Below are positions 1 through 11,990 of a stretch of 64,000 nt of DNA, piece by piece. The stretch comes from the human T2T-CHM13v2.0 reference genome, Homo sapiens. The notes beneath the pieces are model-generated. The model was not told where the DNA came from, did not search any database, and saw only the letters and a list, made by a program, of their open reading frames with translations. The stretch lies in NCBI RefSeq assembly GCF_009914755.1, contig NC_060928.1; one strand, 5' to 3'. The position numbers and the translations under genes were made by a program. The stretch's first letter is position 1; the number at the start of each line of letters is the position of its first letter.

Positions 1-654
1 CTTTACACATACATATTTTTTCTTTTTTCTTTTCATGGTGGATGGAAGATTCCTTTGGTGTGTTCAAATTCCTAAAGTAGCTCTTTCAGGCCTTTATGGT
101 AGAAGGTGTTAGTTCTTCAGCACTAACCCCAGAAGACTGGTTTCCTAACACTAGCATATACACTGATGCTGGGTATTTATCTGCCTTGGAAGATAAAAGG
201 GGTTTGGGGTTTCTGAAAATGGCAGAGGCCTGGGCACTGTTGACATGTATTACCCTGGATAGGGTGTGGCCAGGTGCAAACCCACAGAGGCCAGACCCTG
301 GGCAGTACAATTTAGAAGTAACATAGACAAGGTGATGTCTACAGGGCTCATTCCCAAATGTTCTGGGCCAGGAACTATGATGGTGTGCTTATTTAAGTGT
401 AGAGAGGAGGAGGAGCCCCTCACTAATGACATCCACTGGGCTTCCTGCCATTCTTCCCACTGTGGGCTCACAGATGAACTTTACTCGATTTCGACTAATA
501 AATGATGTGGCATTTTTTGGATGCTAATGTGGAATAAGTTCAAATTGAGTATATCTATAAGCAACAAGTAAGGTAGGGCCTACTCAGAAAGGCTTAATAA
601 ATGATAGCTAATATTATTCTTATTCTCTCTCAAAGAGAGATAGGGTTTCAGGCA

Positions 655-830
655 CAAAACTTGAGTGTGGATTTTGGAGTCAGAAGCAAGAATATCATTG
701 TTGGCTCCATCAGTTACTGTCTTTGTTCTCTTAGGCAAGTCGTTAAACCCTCCCTTTGCTCATCTATATGGTTCAGATGTTAAGAGTCTCTTTCACAGAG
801 TGTGGTTGGTCATAAGAGTTAAATGATGGA
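655..830 (+). mobile_element. MIR SINE fragment (diverged)
   Basis: ttggagtcaga...ttaggcaagtcgttaa...ctcatct...gagttaaatga follows the MIR core order; boundaries approximate. Confidence 0.6.
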
Positions 831-1675
831 ATCAAGTCTAGCTTGTATAATTGATTGATAGTTGTTATTATTAACACTACCATGATTGTATAGTAGCTGT
901 TGAGGGAAGCTTTGTGCTTTTCACATTACAGTTCCTGAAGATCAGTGTAGAAAGGTAAGAGTTCAAGACCATCAATTCCAACTCTATTGTGCTTATTAAC
1001 ATTCACTCTAGAGGATTCTGGGATGCTTTACAGTGAATATGTAGGCTTAGAAAAACATCTTTTGATAATAGCCATGCATTTTCATGTTGATGGTCCTGAC
1101 ATTAAAAGCTCTGCATGGTTGGAAATGACCAAGGACAAAGGTAGGGTGATAGGATATTTTGAAAAACTTTCAAGGCAATAGTTTTTTCTTTGGGAGTAGT
1201 GTTAGAGTGGAAAAAAAAGAGTAAAAATTTTGGGAACATGGAAATATTGCAATTTCATCTATAATGCCCTTTGGAGATATAAATTAACTTTATTCTTTTA
1301 GCAAAATAAATCATTTGTCATAAACTTTTTTTTTTCCCTTTAAAGAGCTAAAGACCTGGTGTGGGATGAAGAGAGAAACCTCTAAACATTTGGAGGATGT
1401 TTTTCTTTACTGCTTTTCGGAAGTTATTGAGAGTAAAAACAAATCTTCTTTAAAATCACCTGCCACATTTTGTTTTGGGAGACTCTTCGTCCTGGATTTA
1501 GTGCAGACTAATATTACACCTCTTTTTTTGTTTTCTTTACAGTTCAATTCAATTCAGTATATTTTATTTCCATTTAATTCAGTGTAGCTTAATTAATTTA
1601 TTATCATTGACTATGTGTTTGTACCTAGTCTTAACCAAATGGGGAAAGAAAAGAAACAAGTGGCAGAACCTCATA

Positions 1676-1783
1676 TTTCCCTGGGAATTCTGAGTGCTTA
1701 TGTAAACCAAGAGAACCTCAGTTACAAGTGGGTAACACTGAGGTTCTCTCAGTTTACATAAACACTCAGAATGCCCAGGGAAA
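1676..1783. repeat. Long inverted repeat/hairpin, about 50-bp stem and 6-nt loop
   Basis: 1676-1725 pairs with 1732-1783 with 4 mismatches and one 2-nt bulge (manual alignment). Confidence 0.92.
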
Positions 1784-2289
1784 ACCCTACAAATGCAGGT
1801 GGGAAGGGCCCAAGTGCATAATTCTGCCATTCTTACTCCACTTGATATTCTCATTTATTCTCTAATAGGTTTTCAAAGAAAGAGAAAATTGAAGGCCTAG
1901 AAGAAAATTGAGTGTCATGGAAAAATGTTGCAATCTATTTTTAAGTGAAAGCAGTCAGGTTGTAGATCTATATATATAGTATGATCCAAATTTTGTATGT
2001 GTGAAGGAGAATAGTAAACATAACTTATTCTATCATCTCAGATTTGACTCCAGTGCCCAAACTAAACAATAAGTGCCCAAATCTTCTCATTTTCTAAAAT
2101 GATGTGCTAAGCCATCAATTAAGCATTTGCAAGGAAGACATCACAGAGCTGGTTGTCTCAGCATCAGCTCATCACCCACCTCAATATAAAGGATGCTGAG
2201 AATTGATAGGAGATTGGATATCTGGGAAAATGACCTGGGGAGAATTACTGGAGGCAAATACTTCCTTCTCACTTCAGTATAAGCAAAGT

Positions 2290-2730
2290 GTCCCAGTCAG
2301 CTATCACCATAATAATGCTGTGTAACAATCTCATAATCTTATTGTTATTAAAATAAACATTTATTTTCATGAAGTTGCAGGCAGGCTGCAGTTTGGAAGA
2401 TCTAAGCTGAGCTCCTCTTGGCAGCTCTATTTCAGACTGTGGTTTTGTCAGTCTTGTTCCTAGATGCAGATTGGGTTTCAGTCTGTTCCCTGTGTCTTGT
2501 TTTTCTGCAACCAGTGGTTTCCCAGGACATGGTGGGATAAATACAAGAATTAGCTGAAAGATGTAGTGTCTCTTAAGATCTTGGCTCAGAATTGGCACAG
2601 TGTTGCTTCTTTCTGTAATTGATTAGCCAAAACAAGTCAGATGGCTTGCTCTACATCAATGAGACTGGAAAAATAAACTCTACCATGTGGGGAAGATGTA
2701 TTTACTAAACAACAATTTGCCAAAGAAAAC
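2290..2730 (-). mobile_element. Old MLT-type (ERVL/MaLR) LTR
   Basis: gtcagctat...tgtgtaacaa...aaacatttatt start and gattagccaaaacaagtcagatggc motif; subfamily and boundaries uncertain. Confidence 0.5.
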
Positions 2731-3132
2731 TAACTGTAGAACTTAATATGTTTCTGTTGGTATTTGGGGAACATAAGCACCAGTAGCTGATCTTGGATTG
2801 AAAATGTTTATAGAGGACTATGTTGAGAAGTTATGATAGTTGCAGAATTTAGTTGGCCTAAGATTTATGTGTGTTCCTGGTATGCCAGGAGTGAACTTTA
2901 TGGAAGGGAGCTAGTTATAGGCTGCACTGTAAAAGTTTTCTAAGAGGATGCTACCTGGAGAGATGAAGTGACCAAATGAGATAATGTGTAAGTAGAAAGG
3001 AAGGCAGGGCCTGAAAGACTGTTGTGCATGACCAGCTACTGCAAGCACTGAAGCAGCAGGAATTGGTTCTTCTTTATCAAGAAATATTTATAAATTTAAA
3101 GAGTATCTTTATTGGATGCTCTTTATAATTGA

Positions 3133-3832
3133 GTATCCATTAGGGCTCAATCAGAGAAGCAGAACCACTATGAGTAGGAATTAGATCTTACACTGTTATG
3201 GGAGCTGGTGGGAATGTCATGCAAGACTAGTGGTCTGTGTCTGATGTTGAGCCTGAAGTCACTATAGGTCACCCAAGCCAGCAGCTGAGAGGGGAGATGG
3301 ACAGGTATTTGGGAGAACAAGGGAAACCCATGAGAGGTACTGGATTCCACCATAACAAGCTGAAGCATTTGTCTGTCTCCCACTGCCTCCAAACTTAATG
3401 GGGAAACAGGTACTCTTCACATGGAGTTGCACATATACCTGACCCAGGGCTTGAAGAAGCTGAAGGAAGAGATCCAGGGAGAGCTAGAGGAGCTACAAGC
3501 TCGGGAGCTGCCCCAAAGTAGCAACACACTCTAAGAGCTGTAAGCCCAGGTCCTGCCCCACACAGCAATGCAATGTAGGAGCTGTAAGCCTAGGTGCTGC
3601 CCCATACCAGCAACACAAGCTGGTAGATCAGTGAGCTGCCACATGCATGCACTGCCAGTGTCTAGCACCCTACACCAAACCTGAAGGTGCTAAGCATGGC
3701 TGTTTCTTCACTATGGTCTTTTATATCTCGTGTACATTTTTCTAATAGCCTCTTCAACCTGGAACCTCATGGAGATGAAACTCTGGGAATTGAGTTCCCG
3801 CTTAGCTAAGCTGACATGTTACAAAGCCACCG
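3133..3832. mobile_element. Old ERVL LTR (LTR40/LTR41-like)
   Basis: Begins gtatccattagggctcaatcagagaagcagaaccac and ends gcttagctaagctgacatgttacaaagccacc; contains a degenerate 44-45-bp tandem triplication. Confidence 0.5.
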
Positions 3833-4087
3833 TGCCCTTTAATCTCTTTAGAGAGTTACAAACAACAGTTAGAAAGTGAGGGACAATGTGGATTGAAGAA
3901 GCAAGTGAGAGTGAAGAAACCTGCCTTGAAACCACAATGTCCTTCCTCGCTCAGGTTCCCAGCCTAAGGCATGTATGCACTGTGGAGTGGAGAAGAGCTT
4001 TAAGTTGGTTGAGAGAGAGACTATGAACTTTTTTATATGTGAAAGTGAATAGAGAAATGATGGAAATTGCATGAGATTTCATGCAAG

Positions 4088-4625
4088 TGCTGAGAAGCAT
4101 CAATCTTAAATAATGAGATTCAGAAAATATGATTAAGTACAGAGTTTATTCAAGTGCAAAACTTCAGGGTAGCAACCCAGGAGGAAACACGGATTCCAAA
4201 AGAATGGGTCAGTGTTCCAAAGTAGGGAAATTAAGGCTTTCACTTACATAGGCAGAGATGGAGAAATTTAACAGTCGCAATATTTTTCTTATAAGACCAA
4301 TACATATGTTACAGTGATTTCATTGGTTACAGGTTCCTACATTCCAAGGTAGATTGCTTTAACATTCCATAAGGAGGGGTAATAGATTCCTGGGGTCCTA
4401 TCTCTCATGCCTTTTGGTCTTTCCTAATCGTCCTATCTCTCATGCCTTTTGGTCTTTCCTAATCTTCTATAGTACAAGAATAAGTAAGGGAGTTAATCTA
4501 TGATTGGAGAAGCAGAAGTTGCAGCTGTATGCTCCACATGACCCAGGCCACATAGCCACATTCCTCTCAAGGCTCAAAATAATATAAAGTTCCACCAGGT
4601 TTAAGTTTAAATTCTTTAACTTCAC
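4088..4625 (-). mobile_element. ERV1 LTR (MER67/MER89-like)
   Basis: aataatgagattcagaaaatatgattaagtacagagtttattcaagtgcaaa motif; ends ttaacttcac; family name from memory. Confidence 0.5.
4395..4464. repeat. Perfect 35-bp tandem duplication
   Basis: gtcctatctctcatgccttttggtctttcctaatc occurs twice, adjacent. Confidence 0.95.
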
Positions 4626-4736
4626 TGAAGGGAGGATCACAAGGTCAAGGAAGAAAGGCAGGGTGTGAAAAAATAAAGTGGCTTTTGGCTATATTTTACT
4701 TTGACTGGATTTTAAAAATTGTATATGTATATGCAG

Positions 4737-4771
<35 letters not shown>

Positions 4772-4775
4772 TGTA
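4737..4775. repeat. (TG)n microsatellite
   Basis: Direct reading. Confidence 0.95.
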
Positions 4776-5811
4776 TTTTGGGTTTATTGAAGTATATAAA
4801 CTTGCTGAGTTACAAACATCAAAGGATTTTTTCCCTAGTCCCTGTTCCCAATAATGCTGTATTAAATCTCTCACTCATAGTGTAGCAGATTTCATAATTT
4901 CCCATTCCCCTTGGTTGCACAAGTTCTTCTGGCTTAAGAGACCAGTCTCATCTTTTCCTGTCACTCCAGTGCTATCTGGGCTTGAGGCTTGGGGGAGGTG
5001 GTTGGGAGGGACCTCATCTGCTCTTTACCCTTCCTCCTGTATCCTTTCTCTGGGAACAGTCCTCCTCAACCCCTTGTATAGAGATAGGTGCTGCAGTGTG
5101 TGGGTGAGTGGAGGAGAAAGAGGCCAAGGACAGGCATTGCTTATTTAACTCATGGCAGGCACAGTGCACTCTATTAGTGGTTTTCTTTTTCTGGCTCACA
5201 CTGAAGGTCCTTATAGCCCTCTCTGGTAGGTTTCCATCTCTGTGGCTCCCTCGTGGTCAGTGCTTGGTCACTTTTCTGAGCCCCCTCCCAACTGCAGAAA
5301 GAAGATGTAACTCCAGATCCCAGCCCTCTCTCAGATGCCTCCTTGTGGTTCATTCTCAGCCTCCTGCTGCTTGGGTTCTCCTCCTTGGCAGCCCACATGC
5401 TTGTGTGAGTCTTTTCTTCAGTGTCCACTTGACCTCCAGAAGGTGGGCTCCTCTCTACCATGACAATGAAGGAACAGGCTGCTCCATGGACAGTCTCCCT
5501 CTGCCCCGCTCTCTCAGTGAGGCTCTATTTTCCTACTTAAGTAGGAACAGAGCAAATCAACGAGGCTACATTCTAATCAGGTGCTCAATGGTAATGAGAA
5601 ATCAGCATTCCCTTCTTGAAAGTCTTCCCAACCTTTATGAATTATTATTTAGGAAGACCATCTGTTTAGCTCTCAGATGTGCTCTAGACCATCATTTCCA
5701 CCCTGCAATCATAGATGGCCCCTTTCTCCAGTCTACTTTTACAGAATGTAAGGTGGTGGTTGGTGGTGTTGCTGAATTATGGCTGCAGGTAGCAGTGAGG
5801 TTCAGCCACCT

Positions 5812-6546
5812 CTTTTTAAAAACCACTTTATTGAGGTATGATTGACATGTAAAAGGCTGTACATATTTAATGTTCATAACTTGATGAGTTTGAGGATACA
5901 TATACAGCTGTGAAACCATCACCACCACCAAGGTAAAAGACTGACATATCCATCACCTCTCAAAGTTTCTTTTAGTTATTTTTACTATAATAATAATTTT
6001 TTTTTTGGTGGTAGAACACTTAAAGTAAGCCTACACTCTTAGCAAATTAAAAAATATAATATTGTATTTTTAGCTATAGGTACTATGCTTTACATTAGAT
6101 ATCCAGAACTTATTTATCCTAAATAACAAAACTTTGTCCCTTTGACAGATGTCTCCCCATTCCTGCCTGCCCCTGCACCAGCCCCTGGCAACATCATCAT
6201 ACTCTCTTCTTCTATGAGTTTGGCTATTTTAAATTTCATGTTTAAGTGAGGTAATGCATTATTTGTCTTCCTATGCCTGACTTATATCACTTAGCATAAT
6301 CTCCTACAGTTCCATACCTGTAGTCACAGATGGCAGGATTTCCTTCTTTGTTAAGACTGAGAAATATTCCATTGCATGTATATACCACAATTTCTTTATC
6401 CATTCATCCCTCAGTGGACATAGAGTTTCCATATCTCAGCTATTATGAATAATGCTGCAGTGAACACGGGAGTACAGGTATCTTTTCAAGATACTTTTTC
6501 GATTGCTTTGGATACATATGCAGAAGTAGGATTGCTGGATTATATA
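5812..6546 (-). mobile_element. L1MA-type LINE-1 3' end fragment
   Basis: ctttattgaggtatgattgaca...gacttatatcacttagcataat...aataatgctgcagtgaaca...ggattgctggattatat matches L1 3'UTR antisense. Confidence 0.85.
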
Positions 6547-7786
6547 CCTCATGGAAAGACTCAAGGAAGGTGTTTGGCTTTATTTAGAATGTGTAGCACT
6601 TAATGCCTCTTTGTTCACAGTTTCATTTGTTAATTCTGGAATAACAGAAAAATTCCCACTTTCTTTTTACATACTTACAACACACACACACACACACACA
6701 TACCACACCCATACCCCATGGGTGTGAGAGAGAAAGTGTAGCAGGGGCTTTGCTGAAATATTAACAGTGGCTGCCATTGGGCTGTAAGATTAGAAACTGT
6801 TTTTCCCATCTTCTCTGTGCTTTACTGCTTGCTTCACCTTTTCTCCAACAAAAGTACACCCAGTGTGTCTCTCTTAAAATAAGAAGATGAAGTACAATAA
6901 ACATGATTTTAAAACTGCAGCACCATTCCACTGATAGAACAGATGTGAGAGGCAGGGGCTTGGGTTTTCTGACCTCCCAGGGCTCTCTGCAGGCTCATGA
7001 TTTTACGAAACATCAGCTTTCTGAATTCCTGCAGCACCTGCCACAACAAAAGGAGGCCTTTTGCTGAGCATACTAATGCAGTTGCACATGCCTTCATAGA
7101 ACAAAGAAATCAAAATGAGGAGTTCATTAAGCATCCTTTGGACACTGTCCATTCTACCCTGGCCTGAGCCCTCCAGGGGAGGTAGAAATCCACCTGCAAG
7201 GGAAGATGTACTATGTCGAGTGAGTCCCCACCACCTCCCTTTTGTCCTCTCTGGTGATCTCCTCCCTCCTCTTTCTGGTCCTTTGCCTCCCATTTGGCTC
7301 ACACCTCAGCTACTGCCTCATCTGCAGACCCCTCTGGCATCTGCTCCTCTAGCTATGCCTCTGAATTCTCTCATGGACCCAACTTTGCCCCCACACTTTA
7401 CAGCTGTGCCTGAAAGACAGGTTGGCTTCCCAGGAGGCAAAAGCTACAATGAATAGGCTGCCCCTCAATCCTATTAGCTTGTTCCTCTCTGCTTTCTCAT
7501 ACATCTGGCGGGTTTTTTTGTAGTCTTCAGGATTAGCAACACTTCCCTTGGCTTTGCTGAGAGATGCCATGCTGATGTCCATTTCTTCATAGTATAGCAT
7601 CTTTTCAAGGTTTAGGTGACTTCTGCCCATCCTCTTCATGGGAGGGATGCTGAGGACGAAGAGTATGTTCCTCTTCCTACACCCTCGTTCACTCTGTCTC
7701 AAGGAGGGAGGGATTGCCAGTCAGATTGATCCAGACTTAGCACTTTCTGGGACATGTTTATTAGTGAGTGAGTTCGCTGCACTTTA

Positions 7787-8096
7787 TTTTTTAATTTTAA
7801 TTTTTTTTTTTTGAGACAGAGTTTCACTCTTGTTGCCCAGGCTGGAGTGCAATGGCATGATCTTGGCTTACCACAACCTCTGCCTCCTCGGGTTCAAGCA
7901 ATTCTCCTGCTTCAGCCTCCCAAGCGGCTGTGATTACAGGCATGTGCCATCAAGCCTGGCTAATTTTTGTAATTTTAGTAGAGATGGGGTTTCTCCATGT
8001 TGGTCAGGCTGGTCTCGAACTCCCGACCTCTGGTGATCCATCCACCTCGGCCCCCCAAAGTGCTGGGATTACAGGCATGAGCCACTGTGCCCAGCC
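7787..8096 (-). mobile_element. Alu (AluS-type), full length
   Basis: Poly-T followed by gagacagagtttcactcttgttgcccaggctgg; TSD ttc(g/a)ctg(c/t)acttta at 7773-7786 and 8097-8110. Confidence 0.95.
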
Positions 8097-9185
8097 TTCA
8101 CTGTACTTTAAAAGCAGGATTCTAATCTCCACTTCTTCTTGTGCTTGAACATAATCGGCTCTCTTTCATCTTTTTTGCCGACTTAGTAAACATTTCATAC
8201 TGAGGATTCCATCCAACCTCAGTGTAAGTCAGTGCCCACTGAACTCCCTCTTGAGTGGGGTGAAGCAGGTTTTTCATTCTCACCTGTACAGTCTTCTGGC
8301 TCAGTGAACCAAGTTGTGCTGTTGACTGGTTATATATCTTTCTTCTCCAGCATGCCTAAGCTTGCTCCTCGCAGGGCTTTAAACCTAAGCCATGCTCTTG
8401 AATCCAACTTTGATTAGGGATCTACAGTGGAACTGTCACAAGCCCGAAAACCTATAAACTAAGCAGTAGATTTCCATTTGACCATTGTTCGTTGGGTGTA
8501 AATATCAAGCGGAGGTGAGGAGGGAGGCTGGACATTACTCTGTCGATGCTGGGGATTGAACAGACAATCTGTGGGAAATTTGGTGCTCTTCTATGGCTTG
8601 GCTTTGGAATAAGCTTCCATTTATTCCACTGCGTTACATTCTCCCATTGGTCCACATTAAGGTGCTGCTGTAGGAACTTGAAGCTTTTGCAATAGTGTGG
8701 ATGGAATTCTTATGCTTCTCTTTCATCCAGAACCAGCCTCCTTCTGGACCTGGGATTATGCAAAGACAGATAATATGCAAATGAGATCATATATTCCATT
8801 TCTTTTTGGGCCAGTTGGATTTAACCTAGTGCATGTTATACCAATAAGCACCACTAAGTCTTTGTATAATCCCTCTTCCTCCTGATGGAATCTATGATCT
8901 ATGATCTCATTGGTACTAACTCTAACAAGCCTAGGATATTCTGGTGGAAACCGGTAGAAGTTACACAAGACTGAAAACTTAATGACCTGCCCTTCCCACC
9001 CTCCAACCTCTTCTCTCTAGGGGAAAATAATTCAAATTGTTGTGGGAACTTCAACCCTTTTTTTCCAGTGTCTCATAGGAGGGGACTGGGCAGAATATCA
9101 TGATCTCTTTGCTTTAAGGAAGTAATTCTTTACCAATGTGAGCATAATGGTTTAGTGAAGTAGAACTACTGGTTTAAGGAAGGGG

Positions 9186-9448
9186 GAGCATAGCATAGTG
9201 ATTAAGGACATGGACTTTGCATTCAGATAAATTAGGGCTGAAACCTGGCTTGATTAATAACTAGCTGTGAAACCTTGGACAAGTTATTTAATCTCTTTCA
9301 GTATTGTGAATATTCTTTTTTAGCGGTAAAGGAGGGATAATTATAACTAACTCATAGAGTCATTATAAGAATTAAATGAGATAATGTAAGCAAAGTTCTT
9401 CAGCACAGGCCCTGACACGTGGTAAGCTCCCAATATATGGTAGCTACA
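9186..9448 (+). mobile_element. MIR SINE, near full length
   Basis: gcatagtgattaaggacatggactttg...ctagctgtgaaaccttggacaagttatttaatctct...aattaaatgagataatgta...ggtaagctcccaata. Confidence 0.85.
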
Positions 9449-9778
9449 ATACTGTCTCATCATTGTACTATAAACACATTCTGTCTCCTAACGTGATGGG
9501 TTAAAATGGAGCAGGAAGAACTAGGGCAAGCAAGGACAATGGATCACAGTCAGGTGTCAACCCCAGGTAGGGCCTGGGTGAAGACCTAGGGTCAAAGAGG
9601 GGAGGACGTTCAGGACACAATGAACTATTCTCAGAGAGATATCTGCATCTTCCCTAAACTCACCAAAGAGCCTTGTTCAGGGGCTGGGTGGGGATACACT
9701 TGGATACTGGAAAAGGCAATAGATTTCACTTGAGAAATGGGTTTTCATTACTGCCTTTTGTCTAATTTGCTGGGCTCC

Positions 9779-10276
9779 TGTGGCAGATTGCAAAGGTGGT
9801 TTCAATTCTTAATTTCTTTAGCCTTGTCTCTGCTATGTGACTTTGCAGATCTTCATGCTAAAGATGGACTCTTTTACCCATGTCTTGAATCTGGGCTGGC
9901 TCTGTGATTTGTTTTATCAAGTCACTTCAAGAAGTCATGGTTTCCTAGTTCCAAGTCTAGACTTCAAGAGGCCCATGTGTTTCTATTACACTTACTCTCT
10001 GTCTCTCCATCCTGGCCATAAGAACATGCTGGCTGTAGCTTGCTGAAGGATGAGAAACACATGGAGCAGAGCTGAGTCATCCCACTGGACCCAGCAGAAG
10101 CCTGAACTGATCAGTGGACTGTGAGCCATTTCTGAGCTATTTGGCTGATGAGCACAGATGAGCAGAGCCAACCGGCTTTAACATCCTCGATGCATGAACA
10201 ATAAAGGCTTATTGTTGCATGAGGTTTTGTGTGGTTCATCTTATATAGCATTGCCATGAAGACAGATAACTGAACA
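9779..10276 (+). mobile_element. MLT1-type MaLR solo LTR
   Basis: tgtggcagattgcaaa start, aataaaggcttattgttg poly(A) signal, gacagataactgaaca end. Confidence 0.75.
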
Positions 10277-11384
10277 GTTGCAATATTACTTCATTTTATT
10301 TATCATTTTGAATTCACTCATTCACTCAACAGGCATCGAGTATCTATCATGTATCAACGCTGGGCTAAGCGTTGTTGGGGAAACATTGTTTGGTGGTAGC
10401 AAACAATAATAACAAAGCAGACAAACAACTGTCTCGTTTATTCACCAATATATCCTTCTGACCTAATAGAGTAAGTTGGCACTTAGTAGATGTTCAATAA
10501 ACATTTGCTCTCTTATGAAGACATAATGATGCAATAAACATATGTTGTTGTATGTGAGTGTAGTATGTGTGTGTCTGTGTTCCAGATAACTAATTAAATG
10601 TGTCATTAAAATATCAGGCCCATTTTCCTTGCTGTCCTCTGGAATGGCAGAAATAATTTCCTATTCTTTTCTCCACTGTCTTTTTTTTTCTTTTTCTTTC
10701 CCCTCCTACATTGTCAGCAGCAGAAACTGCAGTGTGCTGTTAAACTTATCTCTGTAATAGAATGTAGATGTGTAAATCAAAACAGCTTCTAACGGGTTGT
10801 CTGCAGTAATAAATGCTACGGAGGCTGCCCAACTGGCAGTGTAAGAGAGATTATACAAACTGCTGCCTGGAGAAAACATAGCATCATGAATAAACTCAGC
10901 CTTGAATTATTTATATATTTTAGGCGGTTTTTTTCTCTCCTCAATCCACAAGGCCTGGGAATGATTTTCACTGGGAGCTGAGTGTCTGAATTTGGCTGTA
11001 AAAGGAAAACAGTTGCGGTATGTCTTAGTCCAAGTTTCAGGGTGAGGATAGCATCATGTTACGTGAGGAGTCAGCAAGGCTGGCAGTGCAGTGCAGTGAG
11101 AAGATACCGCTGAGAGCTCAGAAGAGGACAGTTCGAATCCTAGGAAGTTGTGTCTCCAGGGGCTTGTGGGCTTTGTGGACCACCTTGGACCCACACAATT
11201 GGATGGAGGGCCCCAGGGCCCACCTCCAGCACTTCTACCAGAGGATGCTGCGTCATTCTCTTTTATGAAGTAGATTTCAATCTAAGACTTTGTTGTGGAA
11301 AAAAAATGGTTTTATTATAAAAGGAAAAGTTTGGAAATCAATGGCGTTACTAATCTTTGAGACTCTATACAAGTGAGCTTCACC

Positions 11385-11546
11385 TCCTCTTGCCAACTAG
11401 AGACTCTGGGGACCCTTTAAAAACTGTTAATGCCAGGGTTCTAATCTTTATCAATTAAATTAGAATTTCTGGAGATGGGGGTGGACATCAGGATTTTAAA
11501 ATGTATCCAGGCGACTCTGATGTGCAGCCAGGGTTGAGAACCTCTA
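11385..11546. mobile_element. MER5A-type hAT-Charlie MITE
   Basis: aattaaattagaatttctggagatggg...ccaggcgactctgatgtgcagccagggttgagaacctct. Confidence 0.75.
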
Positions 11547-11769
11547 CTTCACACCCTTCATTCATCTAACAGGACAAATATTGAGCACCTGCCACCAGCC
11601 ACGTATTCAGCAGAGGATGGAGGATAAAGTGAAGAATGGGACAGGCCCAATCCTTGCCTTCATGGATTTCTCCATTTAAGTAAACACACAGCTGAAATTT
11701 GGAGGGATATATCTTGATACAGGAATATACAATACTATGACAGTAATAGCAGGATTGATAATAAGCATT

Positions 11770-11990
11770 GTGATAATATTTATTGCTGGGAGAATGTTGT
11801 TTTAGTCTTTTTAAAGACTCACGCATTGTGCTGAATGATTTGTGTGAAGTATCTTATTGGACTCTCATTCCAAGTCTGTAGTTAGGTACAGTTACTATCT
11901 TTGTTTTACAAATAAAGTACATGAGGCCCAGAGAGAGTAACTTGCCCAAGTTTATATAGCCCATAAAGGTGGAGTCTGGGGGAAGGGGTG
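11770..11990 (-). mobile_element. MIR SINE
   Basis: gttttacaaataaagtacatgaggcccagagagagtaacttgcccaag matches antisense MIR core. Confidence 0.65.

Noticed and set aside
3489-3620. Repeat-spacer-like periodicity suggesting a CRISPR array
   Set aside because: The DNA is eukaryotic, the units are degenerate tandem copies without unique spacers, and there are no cas genes.
5108-5845. 245-aa ORF
   Set aside because: GTG start, no recognisable domain, Leu/Ser/Pro-rich composition typical of non-coding DNA, and it ends inside an L1 fragment.
7830-8148. ORFs with [15 protein letters not shown]-like motifs (also near 36582, 46992, 48277, 60981)
   Set aside because: They are antisense Alu translations.
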